This document shows, in pieces, positions 8,260-17,474 of a stretch of DNA of 64,000 nucleotides. Position 1 is the stretch's first letter; each line of letters starts with the position of its first letter. The stretch comes from Candidatus Poribacteria bacterium (GTDB lineage Bacteria > Poribacteria > WGA-4E > WGA-3G): assembly GCA_963665235.2 (NCBI GenBank), contig CAXXLX010000001.1, positions 2,240,001 through 2,304,000 of the forward strand. Direction: 5' to 3'. The notes beneath the pieces were generated by a model. That model worked only from the letters and a program-made list of their open reading frames with translations, was not told where the DNA came from and made no database searches. Both the position numbers and the translations under genes were made by a program.

Positions 8260-9645
8260 GTGAAACTTGTTGTTTTTACGGGGATTGGGATTATAATATT
8301 GGCAATCTTCTGTGTGATTCTATTTACACGTCTTGAAAGAGATTCTGAAGTTCCGGTAGATATTTCTACAAAAAATGCGGAGACCGAAGTTACTGATGTC
8401 AATTCGCTTATCAATTCGCTTCCGAAACCTAAAATTCCTGTGGGGTGGTCAGAAGACTTTTGGGTAAAAGAGTTTGATGAGGAACTGGCAAAAGAGGCCG
8501 CACTTGAGGCAGCACAGTGGAAAAAGGAGTTTTATGAACACACAGAGAGCATGTTCGCGAAGAAGCGTTCAGCTCTTTCGGATGCGGATTTGGCGGAAAT
8601 AGACTCCATGTTATCCAAATTTGAATCTTTAGAGAACATGTCTGAATCGGCTATTATTGACACGCTTTTGAGTTTTTATCCTGATAGCAGGCTCCTTGAT
8701 GAGGAGCTGCGTCAGCGTTCGCATGAGGGGCGTCGTCAGGGTTTGATTGAATATTATAGAGGTTTAGATGGACTTTCTGAACCGGATGCCCCCGAATTAA
8801 CCAAAGATCAAAAGTTGCAATTTATGGTGTATCTTGTTCAGGATGATATATCTACTGAAAGGAAAATAAAGAGAGAAGTTGCGGAAGAGGCGCGGCGCGA
8901 TCAAGCGTTAAAAGAATCTGACCCCGATCTCTATTTTGATAAGGAGGAGGTAGAGCTTGCTGATACCATACGTGAAGTAGAAGAGTCCCTTAGGGAAGCG
9001 GAGGAATCTGGCGACACGGAAATGGCTGAGACATGGCGTAATCATTTATCAATATTGCATGAGATGGAGGAAGGTCAAGATGATCGTAGAGAATTAATCA
9101 CGAGTATTATTAAGGGAACGTCGGAAGAGTATTTCTTAAAGGATCATCCCATATTTAAGGATCTTCCTCAATTGGATGACAATCTCGTGGAACGGGCGCA
9201 GGAGTTGATAGATGAGGTCTTGGATCAGTTGGAACGGGGCATGTCAGATGACGTGCCGTCAGATGTTTTTTCTGATGATTCGGAGAGTGCCCCCCCGTCA
9301 TCCGTCCCCGCAAAGGGTTCTGTTTCGGCACCGTCTGGCTCGGATTTTGAACCGTTGCTGAAGAATATAGGCGAGAAGTATTTTGATGTTGTTCTGTCCC
9401 GGCATCTCTCTGAAAAAGAGTTTGAGAAGTATTTTCCATCCTCTCAATATGATCGGGAGATGTTGAAGTCTCGGACGAGAGAAATGCAGAAAACGCTTGT
9501 CTCCGAAATCCGTAAAGTGATGCGGAATATGAACGATGTCTCGGAGGCAACGAAACGGCAACGGGTCAAAGATTTTGTCATGAAAAATTACGACAAAGAC
9601 TTCGCCGAGGCGGTGCTGCGTCAGTTGAACGCTGACGACAAATAG
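8260..9645 (+). CDS. Hypothetical N-terminally membrane-anchored acidic helical protein
   Basis: GAAAGGAG RBS and GTG start. Single N-terminal TM helix, then an E/D-rich helical body. Confidence 0.75.
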   Translation: MKLVVFTGIGIIILAIFCVILFTRLERDSEVPVDISTKNAETEVTDVNSLINSLPKPKIPVGWSEDFWVKEFDEELAKEAALEAAQWKKEFYEHTESMFAKKRSALSDADLAEIDSMLSKFESLENMSESAIIDTLLSFYPDSRLLDEELRQRSHEGRRQGLIEYYRGLDGLSEPDAPELTKDQKLQFMVYLVQDDISTERKIKREVAEEARRDQALKESDPDLYFDKEEVELADTIREVEESLREAEESGDTEMAETWRNHLSILHEMEEGQDDRRELITSIIKGTSEEYFLKDHPIFKDLPQLDDNLVERAQELIDEVLDQLERGMSDDVPSDVFSDDSESAPPSSVPAKGSVSAPSGSDFEPLLKNIGEKYFDVVLSRHLSEKEFEKYFPSSQYDREMLKSRTREMQKTLVSEIRKVMRNMNDVSEATKRQRVKDFVMKNYDKDFAEAVLRQLNADDK

Positions 9646-9727
9646 CGGTGCGTCTCGGACAAACCCCTAATTTTATAGGCAGGTAGCTGTTGCGTTACCT
9701 GCCCAACTCTATAGGAGAAATTTGGTT

Positions 9728-10501
9728 ATGAAACGTTGTAAATTTTGGATGTCCCTCTTTTTACTGGGACTGCTTTTTGGCGTTGGTGCTGCCGATGCGA
9801 ACCCTGTCGTCAATGTTGACCCCGAAGTAGAGATGTTGCGGTGGCAGATTGGAGTGCTTGAAACATGACGTGATAGTAAAGTCGCACAAAAAAATTTACT
9901 GGTGCTGAAGCGAGATGCGGCAAAATCGGTGCTTCAATCTCTTTCGGCCTTGCTCTCTAAGGTGAACAAGTCCATCGCAAGCGCCAAAGCTGCGTTGCTG
10001 CGGGCACAGAACGATGCCGAGCGTGCGGACTGGGCATCCGTGATTGCGAAGTTAGAGAAATCGCGTCTAAAGTTGAGGTCTCAATACCACACGGTCGCAC
10101 ATAAGCTATACGATTATGAGGATAGGATCGCCTCATGTGACCGCACGATTGCCTACATTGAATCACTCATTCAGGAACTCAATGCCCTCTTAGTGACACC
10201 GGATAGGCCTGCGAGTTTCAGTGTGTCGAACGGTGTTGCGCGCGGGAGCGTTGAGTTGTCGTGGACAGCGGCTCCCGTGCCGAATGGCGGGTTGACAATC
10301 CTCGACTACGAATACCAATATCAGCGGCAGCTCAGTAGCCGCCGGTGGGGCCCTTGGTCTTCGTGGTCTTCAGCGGGAACAGACATGTTCGAGTTGATAG
10401 GCGGGTTGCACAGTCGGGGCCGGTATGCTTTTCGGATGCGTGCCGTGAATGGCTTAGGCCCGGGCACGACGACCGGTCAAATAATCATACGTACTCGATA
10501 G
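9728..10501 (+). pseudogene. Secreted coiled-coil + fibronectin type III protein with an in-frame TGA at 9866-9868
   Basis: AGGAG RBS, signal peptide MKRCKFWMSLFLLGLLFGVGAADA. The frame continues through one TGA into ORF 9902-10501, which carries Fn3 motifs VELSWTA..NGG..I..YEYQY and YAFRMRAVN..G.G. Confidence 0.8.
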
Positions 10502-10663
10502 TCGCAAACTTCTAAACATTTTACAGGCAGGTCTCCGTTTTGGGTATCTGTCTTTTTTCTTTTACAGTAGCATTTGCACCGGTGCATCCTTTCGAATTAT
10601 AATTTGTTAAGTGTGTCCAATTGTGTTATACTGCTTACAAAACTTTTCTAAAAGGGATACCCC

Positions 10664-10912
10664 ATGACAGAAGGCAACCGTGCATTATTAATCGAGGGAC
10701 TCAAATCAATGTTAACCGCAGTTTACACCCTCGACGAAGATGACGACTCGCGAGACGCATTAGAAGGTGTTACATCAGAAATCGTAAATATCTACAATAA
10801 GGCGTGTATCTTCAATCAAGAAGATAGAGTCGAACTCTTAGAACATGTTATGAAGTATGATCCGCCATTAACCGATGAAGCAGAGATACTGAAAAGGCTA
10901 AAAGGGAGATAA
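10664..10912 (+). CDS. Small hypothetical protein
   Basis: 82-aa helical ORF with an AAAGGG RBS-like sequence. Confidence 0.55.
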   Translation: MTEGNRALLIEGLKSMLTAVYTLDEDDDSRDALEGVTSEIVNIYNKACIFNQEDRVELLEHVMKYDPPLTDEAEILKRLKGR

Positions 10913-11030
10913 AGAATGTAAAAATCTGCGTCCGCCCCGCACCAGACAAGAGACGCGGTTTCCGAACCTCGCCAGCGGGTGTCTCCGAATATGACTCTCA
11001 GATCGGCAGACGTGCCCACACGGAACACAC

Positions 11031-11471
11031 ATGGAAAAGAGAGAGAAACTCCAATACTGGTCTTGGGAAGAATTTGGAACAGGCACGGGCTCCGTTTATC
11101 TTTATTATTTTCAAGACGAAAAGAACGAACAGAAATATCAGGGAAAATCCGTTTGGGCTTGCAAAGTCGGATATGCCGAGGGGGATGCCCACAAGAGAGT
11201 CGCGCAGCAATTAAAGAAAATAGACCCCGACTACGCTTTTGAAAAAAAGGAACGACCGATCCTCCCGATTCTTTTTAAATCCGATACGCCGAGAAGACTG
11301 GAAACACAAATTCACAAAATTCTTCAGGCTTTGGGCAGAAAAATAGATACAGAGAAAAGGCACGAATGGTACATCACGGGGCATGAGTGGTATCTCACCA
11401 ATCCAAACGAGGTGCTGCAAATTTACTTTTTTATTGTAGATTTTCAAAATTACGCATGGCACGACAGATAA
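11031..11471 (+). CDS. GIY-YIG superfamily (T5orf172/MUG113-like) protein
   Basis: GSVYLY, CKVGY..G.A.KRV..Q, LETQIH..L and EWY.TN motifs. Confidence 0.7.
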   Translation: MEKREKLQYWSWEEFGTGTGSVYLYYFQDEKNEQKYQGKSVWACKVGYAEGDAHKRVAQQLKKIDPDYAFEKKERPILPILFKSDTPRRLETQIHKILQALGRKIDTEKRHEWYITGHEWYLTNPNEVLQIYFFIVDFQNYAWHDR

Positions 11472-11693
11472 AAGTTGTTCAGATGGACGCACACCGCACT
11501 TTTACAGCGGCACCTGTGGTTTGACTCACAGAAAGAACCGTGTGAAAGGGTTACCCGTCAAAATCTGCTATTCCTGATACAGATGACAGAAGCCCCTGAT
11601 ACAAAAGATCAGATACCGGACGGTGTCGCGTCGCGATAGCCGTTCAATTATACGGATGTCGGGATTATGGGCAAATAACCTAACTTTTACTAT

Positions 11694-11709
11694 TGGCACG
11701 AAACTTGCA
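11694..11709 (+). promoter_or_regulatory. sigma54 promoter (copy 2, lacking the upstream UAS)
   Basis: TGGCACGAAACTTGCA. Confidence 0.75.
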
Positions 11710-11758
11710 TATAGTTCCACATAACATCAAAACTTAATTTTTTTGTGAGGTAAAACGA

Positions 11759-13240
11759 ATGAGTGCAAAAAGAATGTCCGGAGCCTTAATGACTTCTATT
11801 ATGCTTCACGTAGCGATAGCGTTGGTGGCAGGTTTTTACCTGGTCACTAAAACGCAAAAATTCAAGGACCTCGTTGGTGCTGAAGTGCTACAGACGAAAG
11901 AAGCCCCGAAGCCTAAGGTTCGGAAACCTATAATCAAACCTGTTATTAAACCTACACTTCCTACGCAAAATACCGTTGTGGTTGAACAAGTTCAGGTGCA
12001 ACCGCGTGTAACGACCGCACTTGCCGCGAAACCAACGGATTTCCAACCGCAGACGGTGCTGGAATTTTCAAATCAACCTGTTAAGGTAAATGCACCGATT
12101 AATCCGAATGTGCCGAAGGTTGTGACCCCGAACACGCCTGTTCCGGAGGTAGTTACACATACCGATTTGCCTGTATCCGACGCGCCGTTAGCTTTGGCGT
12201 TTGCCGGTCCGGCTGCGAATCCACCTTCAGCGGGGCCCGCTCACATTGCGCGGGGTGTTGCTGGAAGTCCTGTTCAGGTGAAAGTCACCTTTGAACGTCC
12301 GCCCGGTCTTGCGATGGTTGCCAACGTAGGTGCTGAGGGCGACGCGCTCGGCAATGTCATAGAGAATATTACGCTCGGAAACGTTGAAGTGCCCCCGCTG
12401 CCCAGAGGCGAACCCGGTGGTCGTGTTATCGGCAAGGGCCGTGATATTCGCGGTGTTTTCCGTTTCACACGTATTCGCCATACGCTTTCTGACTGGTGGG
12501 CAGACGCTTCCTCATTGAACGCGCTTGCCAAGTGGCTCAACGAGAAAACCAAAATCAAAACGGACATGAACGTTGAAGGTGGCGCGCTGAAACTGACAGA
12601 TGCGAACCTACTAAAGACCCCGTTAGTCTTCCTGACAGGTCATGACCCAGCTCTTGTGAAGGAGAAAGGGTTGCTCGGGAGTCAGCATGGTGGCGGTAAA
12701 ATGGATAACCGTTTCACCGAAACCGAAGCCGCTGGACTGCGTAAATACCTCGTTGAAAAAGGTGGATTTCTCATTTTTGACGATTGTGGTGTAAATGCAC
12801 CTGCACAGGCAATGGTTCGTCTGTTCCTACAGCAGATGCGGTATGTGATGCCTGAACATCAAATCGAACGTATCTCCAACGACCATGAGATTTATGACAA
12901 CTTCTACGAAATGGGCGGTCCCCCTGTCGGTTACGATATTTTCTGGTGGGGTACTAAACCGAAGAAGCGTAACTTCCTTGAAGGCGTTTCGGTTGGTGAT
13001 AAGTTGTCCGTTATCGTTGTTCGCCGGGATTACATGTGTGCGATGGAGGCAGTAAGCCTTCCCACGCGTGCGGTTCATTATTCACCGGGTGTGTATCGTT
13101 TCATGACAAACGTGGTTGTGTATGCGTTGACACACGGCAACATCGCTGATTACTCCGGCTATGTGCCTGAAGACACCTTAGCGAAACGTGAACTTCCGAC
13201 ACGCGCACCCGAAGCTGCGAAAATCGGAGCCGTCGAATAA
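11759..13240 (+). CDS. DUF4159-like domain protein (copy 2)
   Basis: 493 aa. Differs from copy 1 at two residues (DAPS>DAPL and HDPS>HDPA). Confidence 0.75.
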   Translation: MSAKRMSGALMTSIMLHVAIALVAGFYLVTKTQKFKDLVGAEVLQTKEAPKPKVRKPIIKPVIKPTLPTQNTVVVEQVQVQPRVTTALAAKPTDFQPQTVLEFSNQPVKVNAPINPNVPKVVTPNTPVPEVVTHTDLPVSDAPLALAFAGPAANPPSAGPAHIARGVAGSPVQVKVTFERPPGLAMVANVGAEGDALGNVIENITLGNVEVPPLPRGEPGGRVIGKGRDIRGVFRFTRIRHTLSDWWADASSLNALAKWLNEKTKIKTDMNVEGGALKLTDANLLKTPLVFLTGHDPALVKEKGLLGSQHGGGKMDNRFTETEAAGLRKYLVEKGGFLIFDDCGVNAPAQAMVRLFLQQMRYVMPEHQIERISNDHEIYDNFYEMGGPPVGYDIFWWGTKPKKRNFLEGVSVGDKLSVIVVRRDYMCAMEAVSLPTRAVHYSPGVYRFMTNVVVYALTHGNIADYSGYVPEDTLAKRELPTRAPEAAKIGAVE

Positions 13241-13387
13241 AAATAGTGTTTTGGCTCATATTAGAGACTGTGTGCGATTTTTTTGTAAAGACTCCGGCCA
13301 GAAAGATAGCGTCTTCATAAAAAAATCGCACACGCTTGTAGCAGAACCGAATGATAAATCTTATCTTGTCTACAGGAGGATAGATTT

Positions 13388-14083
13388 ATGACACACAAAG
13401 TTTATGTAGGAATTGGGCTCCTGATGATCCTGATTATCGGTATTGTCATCTTCCTACTGAATCACAATGTAGACACCGAACCTGAAGTTATCTACAGCGG
13501 GAAGGTTGTAGACTCTAAGGGGAAGGAACTACCCCCCGCGAAACCGGGGTTTGAATGGGTTCAGCATGAGGACCACTTTCACGAAGTGCGTGTCTCTGAA
13601 CAGAACGTGCCAACGGACACCGTGTCCGATAAGACACCGCTGTCATCAGAACCTGTAGGGGATGAGGAACCCATGCCCTCTGTTGTTCCCCCGAATTATC
13701 CGAACCCTGATAACCCCGTTGCGGCATTGCGCGAATACCTATCAAAACGTGGCCATTGGAGTGCTGAGTGGATTCCCGATTTTCCGGTAGAGGATACAGA
13801 AGCCGCTAAATTAGCACACAATGTCCTAATCATGCTAGTGCGCGAACATACAGAGGATAAAACATTGGATGCTGCTTGGAGCATCGCTGCGGAGGAAACC
13901 CGCCAAATGCAAGCGGATTATGGAAAAGAAATTATAGAAATTGTAAAGAGCCAACGGATGCTACAATATCCTCCCGCCGGCGATGATATCCGTAAACGCT
14001 TTCAACGCCTTTTGGATCTATCTAAATTCAATTGGGTATTCTTAGACGCGTCGGATGTTAACCCTGAAGAGCGGAATTGGTAA
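13388..14083 (+). CDS. Hypothetical membrane-anchored protein with HEDHFH motif
   Basis: AGGAGG RBS, N-terminal TM helix, PPAKPGFEWVQHEDHFHEV. Confidence 0.75.
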   Translation: MTHKVYVGIGLLMILIIGIVIFLLNHNVDTEPEVIYSGKVVDSKGKELPPAKPGFEWVQHEDHFHEVRVSEQNVPTDTVSDKTPLSSEPVGDEEPMPSVVPPNYPNPDNPVAALREYLSKRGHWSAEWIPDFPVEDTEAAKLAHNVLIMLVREHTEDKTLDAAWSIAAEETRQMQADYGKEIIEIVKSQRMLQYPPAGDDIRKRFQRLLDLSKFNWVFLDASDVNPEERNW

Positions 14084-14095
14084 GGAGGTAGAGAT

Positions 14096-14842
14096 ATGTT
14101 TTGTGCTTATTTTACAAACCGATGGATGATAGGTGGTTTTTGTTTCCTGATTGTTTTCGGTATTGCTTGCTACTTCTGGGACCAGCACGAGCTGGCTCCC
14201 TATAAACAACAAGCTGTAGAAAACGCAGAAATGTTACGCCAATCGGAACGCGCCCAAAAATCTGACACGGCGCGTGAGGCGGAACAGGCGGTATTCGACG
14301 CACCTGCGGAACGCGCAACGTCTACCGATAAGGGCGGCGACCATTGGCACAAGGAGTCACGCCCAGAGGCTCCAATGGCACAAGTCCCCTCAGAATTACC
14401 AGCGACTGATGGCACACACACCCTAGAGGTGCCTGTCTCACCGTTCGGACTTGGCCCCTATCCTGAAGTGCCATTAGATTATCCAAGTGATGTCCTATGG
14501 AATGCGCCGGAAGTTCCAGCACACTTTTCTAACAAAACAGTGAAAAGTATTGAACTCATAGACCGTGTCCTTGTGAAGTTATGGACAGAAGGAAACAAAG
14601 ACTTCCGTGGGGGAAGCACCTATAACGGCAAAGTCTATCCGCACTACCATAACACCGTCTATGTTCGTTTTGGTGAATATAAATTGCCTGATGGGACAAC
14701 GAAGCGATACCCAGTGCGTATAAAATCAGGACCTCAGGTTGTCTACAGCCGGGAAGATCTTTTAAACCCGCCGCCTCACCTTCGCGTTCTAGATTTAGAT
14801 TCGTCTGGTATTGCTCCGTATCAATTCCTTGACCTCCCTTAA
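14096..14842 (+). CDS. Hypothetical membrane-anchored protein with GGDHWH motif
   Basis: AAGGAGG RBS, N-terminal TM helix, GGDHWH and VSPFGLGPYPEVPLDYP motifs. Confidence 0.75.
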   Translation: MFCAYFTNRWMIGGFCFLIVFGIACYFWDQHELAPYKQQAVENAEMLRQSERAQKSDTAREAEQAVFDAPAERATSTDKGGDHWHKESRPEAPMAQVPSELPATDGTHTLEVPVSPFGLGPYPEVPLDYPSDVLWNAPEVPAHFSNKTVKSIELIDRVLVKLWTEGNKDFRGGSTYNGKVYPHYHNTVYVRFGEYKLPDGTTKRYPVRIKSGPQVVYSREDLLNPPPHLRVLDLDSSGIAPYQFLDLP

Positions 14843-15006
14843 ATCTTAATGGGTGACAGCTATCATTTCAAACAGGCCTTGTGCTGTGTAGGTAAAGAGG
14901 GTTTTATGTGGCGAGCATAGCGGCATCTGCGGTATGGTCAAGGTATTCATAAGGTTCATGATTTTTTCAGTTAACGTTAACCTCAATGTCCGTGAAGTTT
15001 TTCAAC

Positions 15007-15279
15007 TCACAGTTTGTCACTCTTTGCTGTATTACAAGGTTTACAACGTAAGGTGAGGTTTTCCCATACCGTTAATCCGCCTTGTGAATACGGTTTTATA
15101 TGGTCGGCATCAAGTTGGCGGAAACCTGCCGGTCCAGAAAAAACCTGCTTGCAGTCTGGACACACATATCCGTCGCGGGTATCGTCATAGTTAATAAGGA
15201 AATATGCCTGTTTCCACATTTTTGGAAAATGACGAGCCCGTGGATCACATGAAGGGAGGAGAGACAGAATGTTGCTCAA
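15007..15279 (-). CDS. Small HNH endonuclease
   Basis: CPDC...DHIKPYSQGG.T..ENL.L.C..CN..K. Overlaps the stop of the upstream gene (ATGA coupling). Confidence 0.85.
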   Translation of the reverse strand: MSNILSLLPSCDPRARHFPKMWKQAYFLINYDDTRDGYVCPDCKQVFSGPAGFRQLDADHIKPYSQGGLTVWENLTLRCKPCNTAKSDKL

Positions 15280-16517
15280 CAGTATTCTTCCACAATTCGG
15301 GACAAAAGGAGTTTTGTCATATCACATTGAGCTTTCTGTCCGCGTTCCCCTTTCCAACGTCCTCTTGATTCTGGGTACCCGCCCTCTTTTTCCAACCATT
15401 TTTCACCTACCTGGCGAGGTGTTTCAATAAACCCTGCAATCGCAATCCATGCATTAGGACTGAGTTGAGACGGTTCAATTTCCAATTCGACAGCTGCCCC
15501 AATCAGGAGTGCCATCTGTTTGTATTTGTCAACACTAACCCCGGGCATACCGCGTCGGAGGATAGCATGGAGCCACCTAACGAAGTTGTCGAACTCATCT
15601 TCTAGTCCATTTCTATATGTAGGAAACACAGGCGTTCCGCCTTGTATATCCGTGAATTGCAGTTGGGCACAATAGATATCTAGTGCCTCTTCTGTCGAGC
15701 CGTGAAATATCAAGGGGAGATGCTTCATTGAAGTGGGTGAACAGATAAGTTGATTCAATTTCTCTCTGTGCAAAAACGTGAGGTACCACAAGACCATTGC
15801 GGAGGGGGTCTGTCCTTTTGCTCGGTCTTTTCCGTCCCACCAATCTTTCCAGAGTTCCCATGCGTCAGGATATTTTTCCCACGGATTCGCTACCCCTTTT
15901 TCAGACGCAGCTTGTATCATTCGTTTTGCAGCGGGGGTGTCTGCATAAATTCCAGCGAGGCGGATGAAGTATACACACTTGGATTCGCTGTAATAGGAGA
16001 GCCGAATATCTTGCGCGGTCAAAGGCGTGCCGCCTTCGTTGATGCGCCGAAATATCTCAAGTTTGGTTGAAAGTTGAAGGCTCGGCGGAAGGTAAATAAT
16101 TGTCAGGGGATAATCGTTAAAAACATTCTGAAGCGTTTTGGGTATCTCCGAAAACCTTTTTCCGCTGTAGTGCACACTTTCTGGTGAGAAATAGTTAATA
16201 GCTCCACTTGCTACCAGGCAAAATTCGTCCTGTGCATATTTCAGGATTGTACTCAACCGTTGTTGTCCATCGACAACTTCGATTGTGCCTGTCTCATGAT
16301 TCTCCGAGAAAAAGAGAGACGGTGTCGTCAGATTATTCAGCAATGACTCGATGAAAAGTGATTCTTTCCGGTCATCCCATTGTTCTGCATCGCGTTGGTA
16401 ATCCGGAATGACTATCCGACCGTTGTTCAAGCGGAGAATGATAGACTCTACAGTTTCACTCTGTGCTCGCGTTGCTTCCCTGACGATTGGGCCGATTTCC
16501 AAATTGTTTACAGCCAT
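15276..16517 (-). CDS. DUF262 (GmrSD/ParB-Srx-like) domain protein
   Basis: IPDYQR, FIESLL, VVDGQQRL and IFRRINEGG motifs. Confidence 0.85.
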   Translation of the reverse strand: MAVNNLEIGPIVREATRAQSETVESIILRLNNGRIVIPDYQRDAEQWDDRKESLFIESLLNNLTTPSLFFSENHETGTIEVVDGQQRLSTILKYAQDEFCLVASGAINYFSPESVHYSGKRFSEIPKTLQNVFNDYPLTIIYLPPSLQLSTKLEIFRRINEGGTPLTAQDIRLSYYSESKCVYFIRLAGIYADTPAAKRMIQAASEKGVANPWEKYPDAWELWKDWWDGKDRAKGQTPSAMVLWYLTFLHREKLNQLICSPTSMKHLPLIFHGSTEEALDIYCAQLQFTDIQGGTPVFPTYRNGLEDEFDNFVRWLHAILRRGMPGVSVDKYKQMALLIGAAVELEIEPSQLSPNAWIAIAGFIETPRQVGEKWLEKEGGYPESRGRWKGERGQKAQCDMTKLLLSRIVEEYC

Positions 16518-16618
16518 GTGATTCTCCTGACAAAGGACGTATTCAACGTGAGTTTGAAAAGAGTTTCACCCACAGCGTTCCCTATTACTTTTAGCAAAAG
16601 ACCGCACAAAGTAGTAGT

Positions 16619-17077
16619 TTATGCTGCAATTATACCGCTTAGCAATAACACAGTGAAAAAAACAAAGAAGATAATTGGCACAAAAGTTTCTACAACGGTG
16701 AGCCGCCACCGCCAATAGGTTTTTCGCTCTGTTCCTTTCTCTAGCAAATCCCATTCACGTTTGAAAAAGGGGTAAGCGAGTTTTTCTTCCAATTCATGCA
16801 ACGCTTTAAATTTACCGGAATTCAATTGGCGGAAAGAACGGATGATGGTATACCATGCTAATGATAGAAGCATGCCAAGTATCCCAAAACCTATCATTAA
16901 CAAGTCGAGCGGAACACCGTTTTTGCTCTGTCCGAAAGCAGAAACAAGCACGGCTAAACCCGACAAAACCAGCATATAGAAACGGTTTGCGGTGCCCCGT
17001 TGCCTGCTGACACTGTCAGCAAGTTCCGCGTGAAGTTTGTAGATTTCTAGTAGTTCCTGTTTTTCGTCCATGTTCAT
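16619..17077 (-). CDS. Small multi-TM membrane effector-like protein (RipA/SLATT-like)
   Basis: LLEIYKLHAELADSVSRQR..ANRFY, three hydrophobic helices, W...IRSFRQLNSGKF..L..LE. Confidence 0.65.
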   Translation of the reverse strand: MNMDEKQELLEIYKLHAELADSVSRQRGTANRFYMLVLSGLAVLVSAFGQSKNGVPLDLLMIGFGILGMLLSLAWYTIIRSFRQLNSGKFKALHELEEKLAYPFFKREWDLLEKGTERKTYWRWRLTVVETFVPIIFFVFFTVLLLSGIIAA

Positions 17078-17220
17078 GCTAACTCCCGAATAGCTGCAAC
17101 GATGCTTTCAGTATTCCAACCTACGATCTTATCCGCTGCATTCTTTACTGTTGTAGATGTTCTTTGACTTCCCCAAGCTTTAATAGCAACAATCGGTTTG
17201 GCACTCAAAAATTCAGTCTG
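17074..17220 (-). pseudogene. C-terminal remnant of a ThsB/DUF1863-like TIR protein
   Basis: Hand translation gives LSAKPIVAIKAWGSQRTSTTVKNAADKIVGWNTESIVAAIRELA*. Its stop overlaps the ATG of the membrane gene, and an in-frame stop lies just upstream. Confidence 0.7.
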
Positions 17221-17474
17221 TTAAAAACTTCCGTATCACAAATCCAAATACCTAATGGCATTATATAAAATTAAATTAAAAATGTCAAATTAAATTTTTC
17301 AGTTTTAAAAAGGAAACTTCCGGACTGCGATATTTTCGCTTTCTTGTTCCATCACGGTGACATAGGATTCCCTTGGCTAATGAAAAATTTAACCCGCGTG
17401 GCCATTACGTTCATTAAAACAATTGCACACACCTTTTGCATGAACCACTATTGTTCCATAAGTTATTTCTGACC

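Larger units (their letters stand above)
11650..13266 (+). repeat. Direct repeat copy 2
   Basis: Near-identical to 3127-4743. Confidence 0.95.

Noticed and set aside
9866-9868. Selenocysteine or recoded TGA
   Set aside because: Coiled-coil context with no redox motif and no evident SECIS. TGA serves as a normal stop elsewhere in the window.
4745-11650. Integron or prophage
   Set aside because: No integrase, attC consensus ends or phage structural genes.
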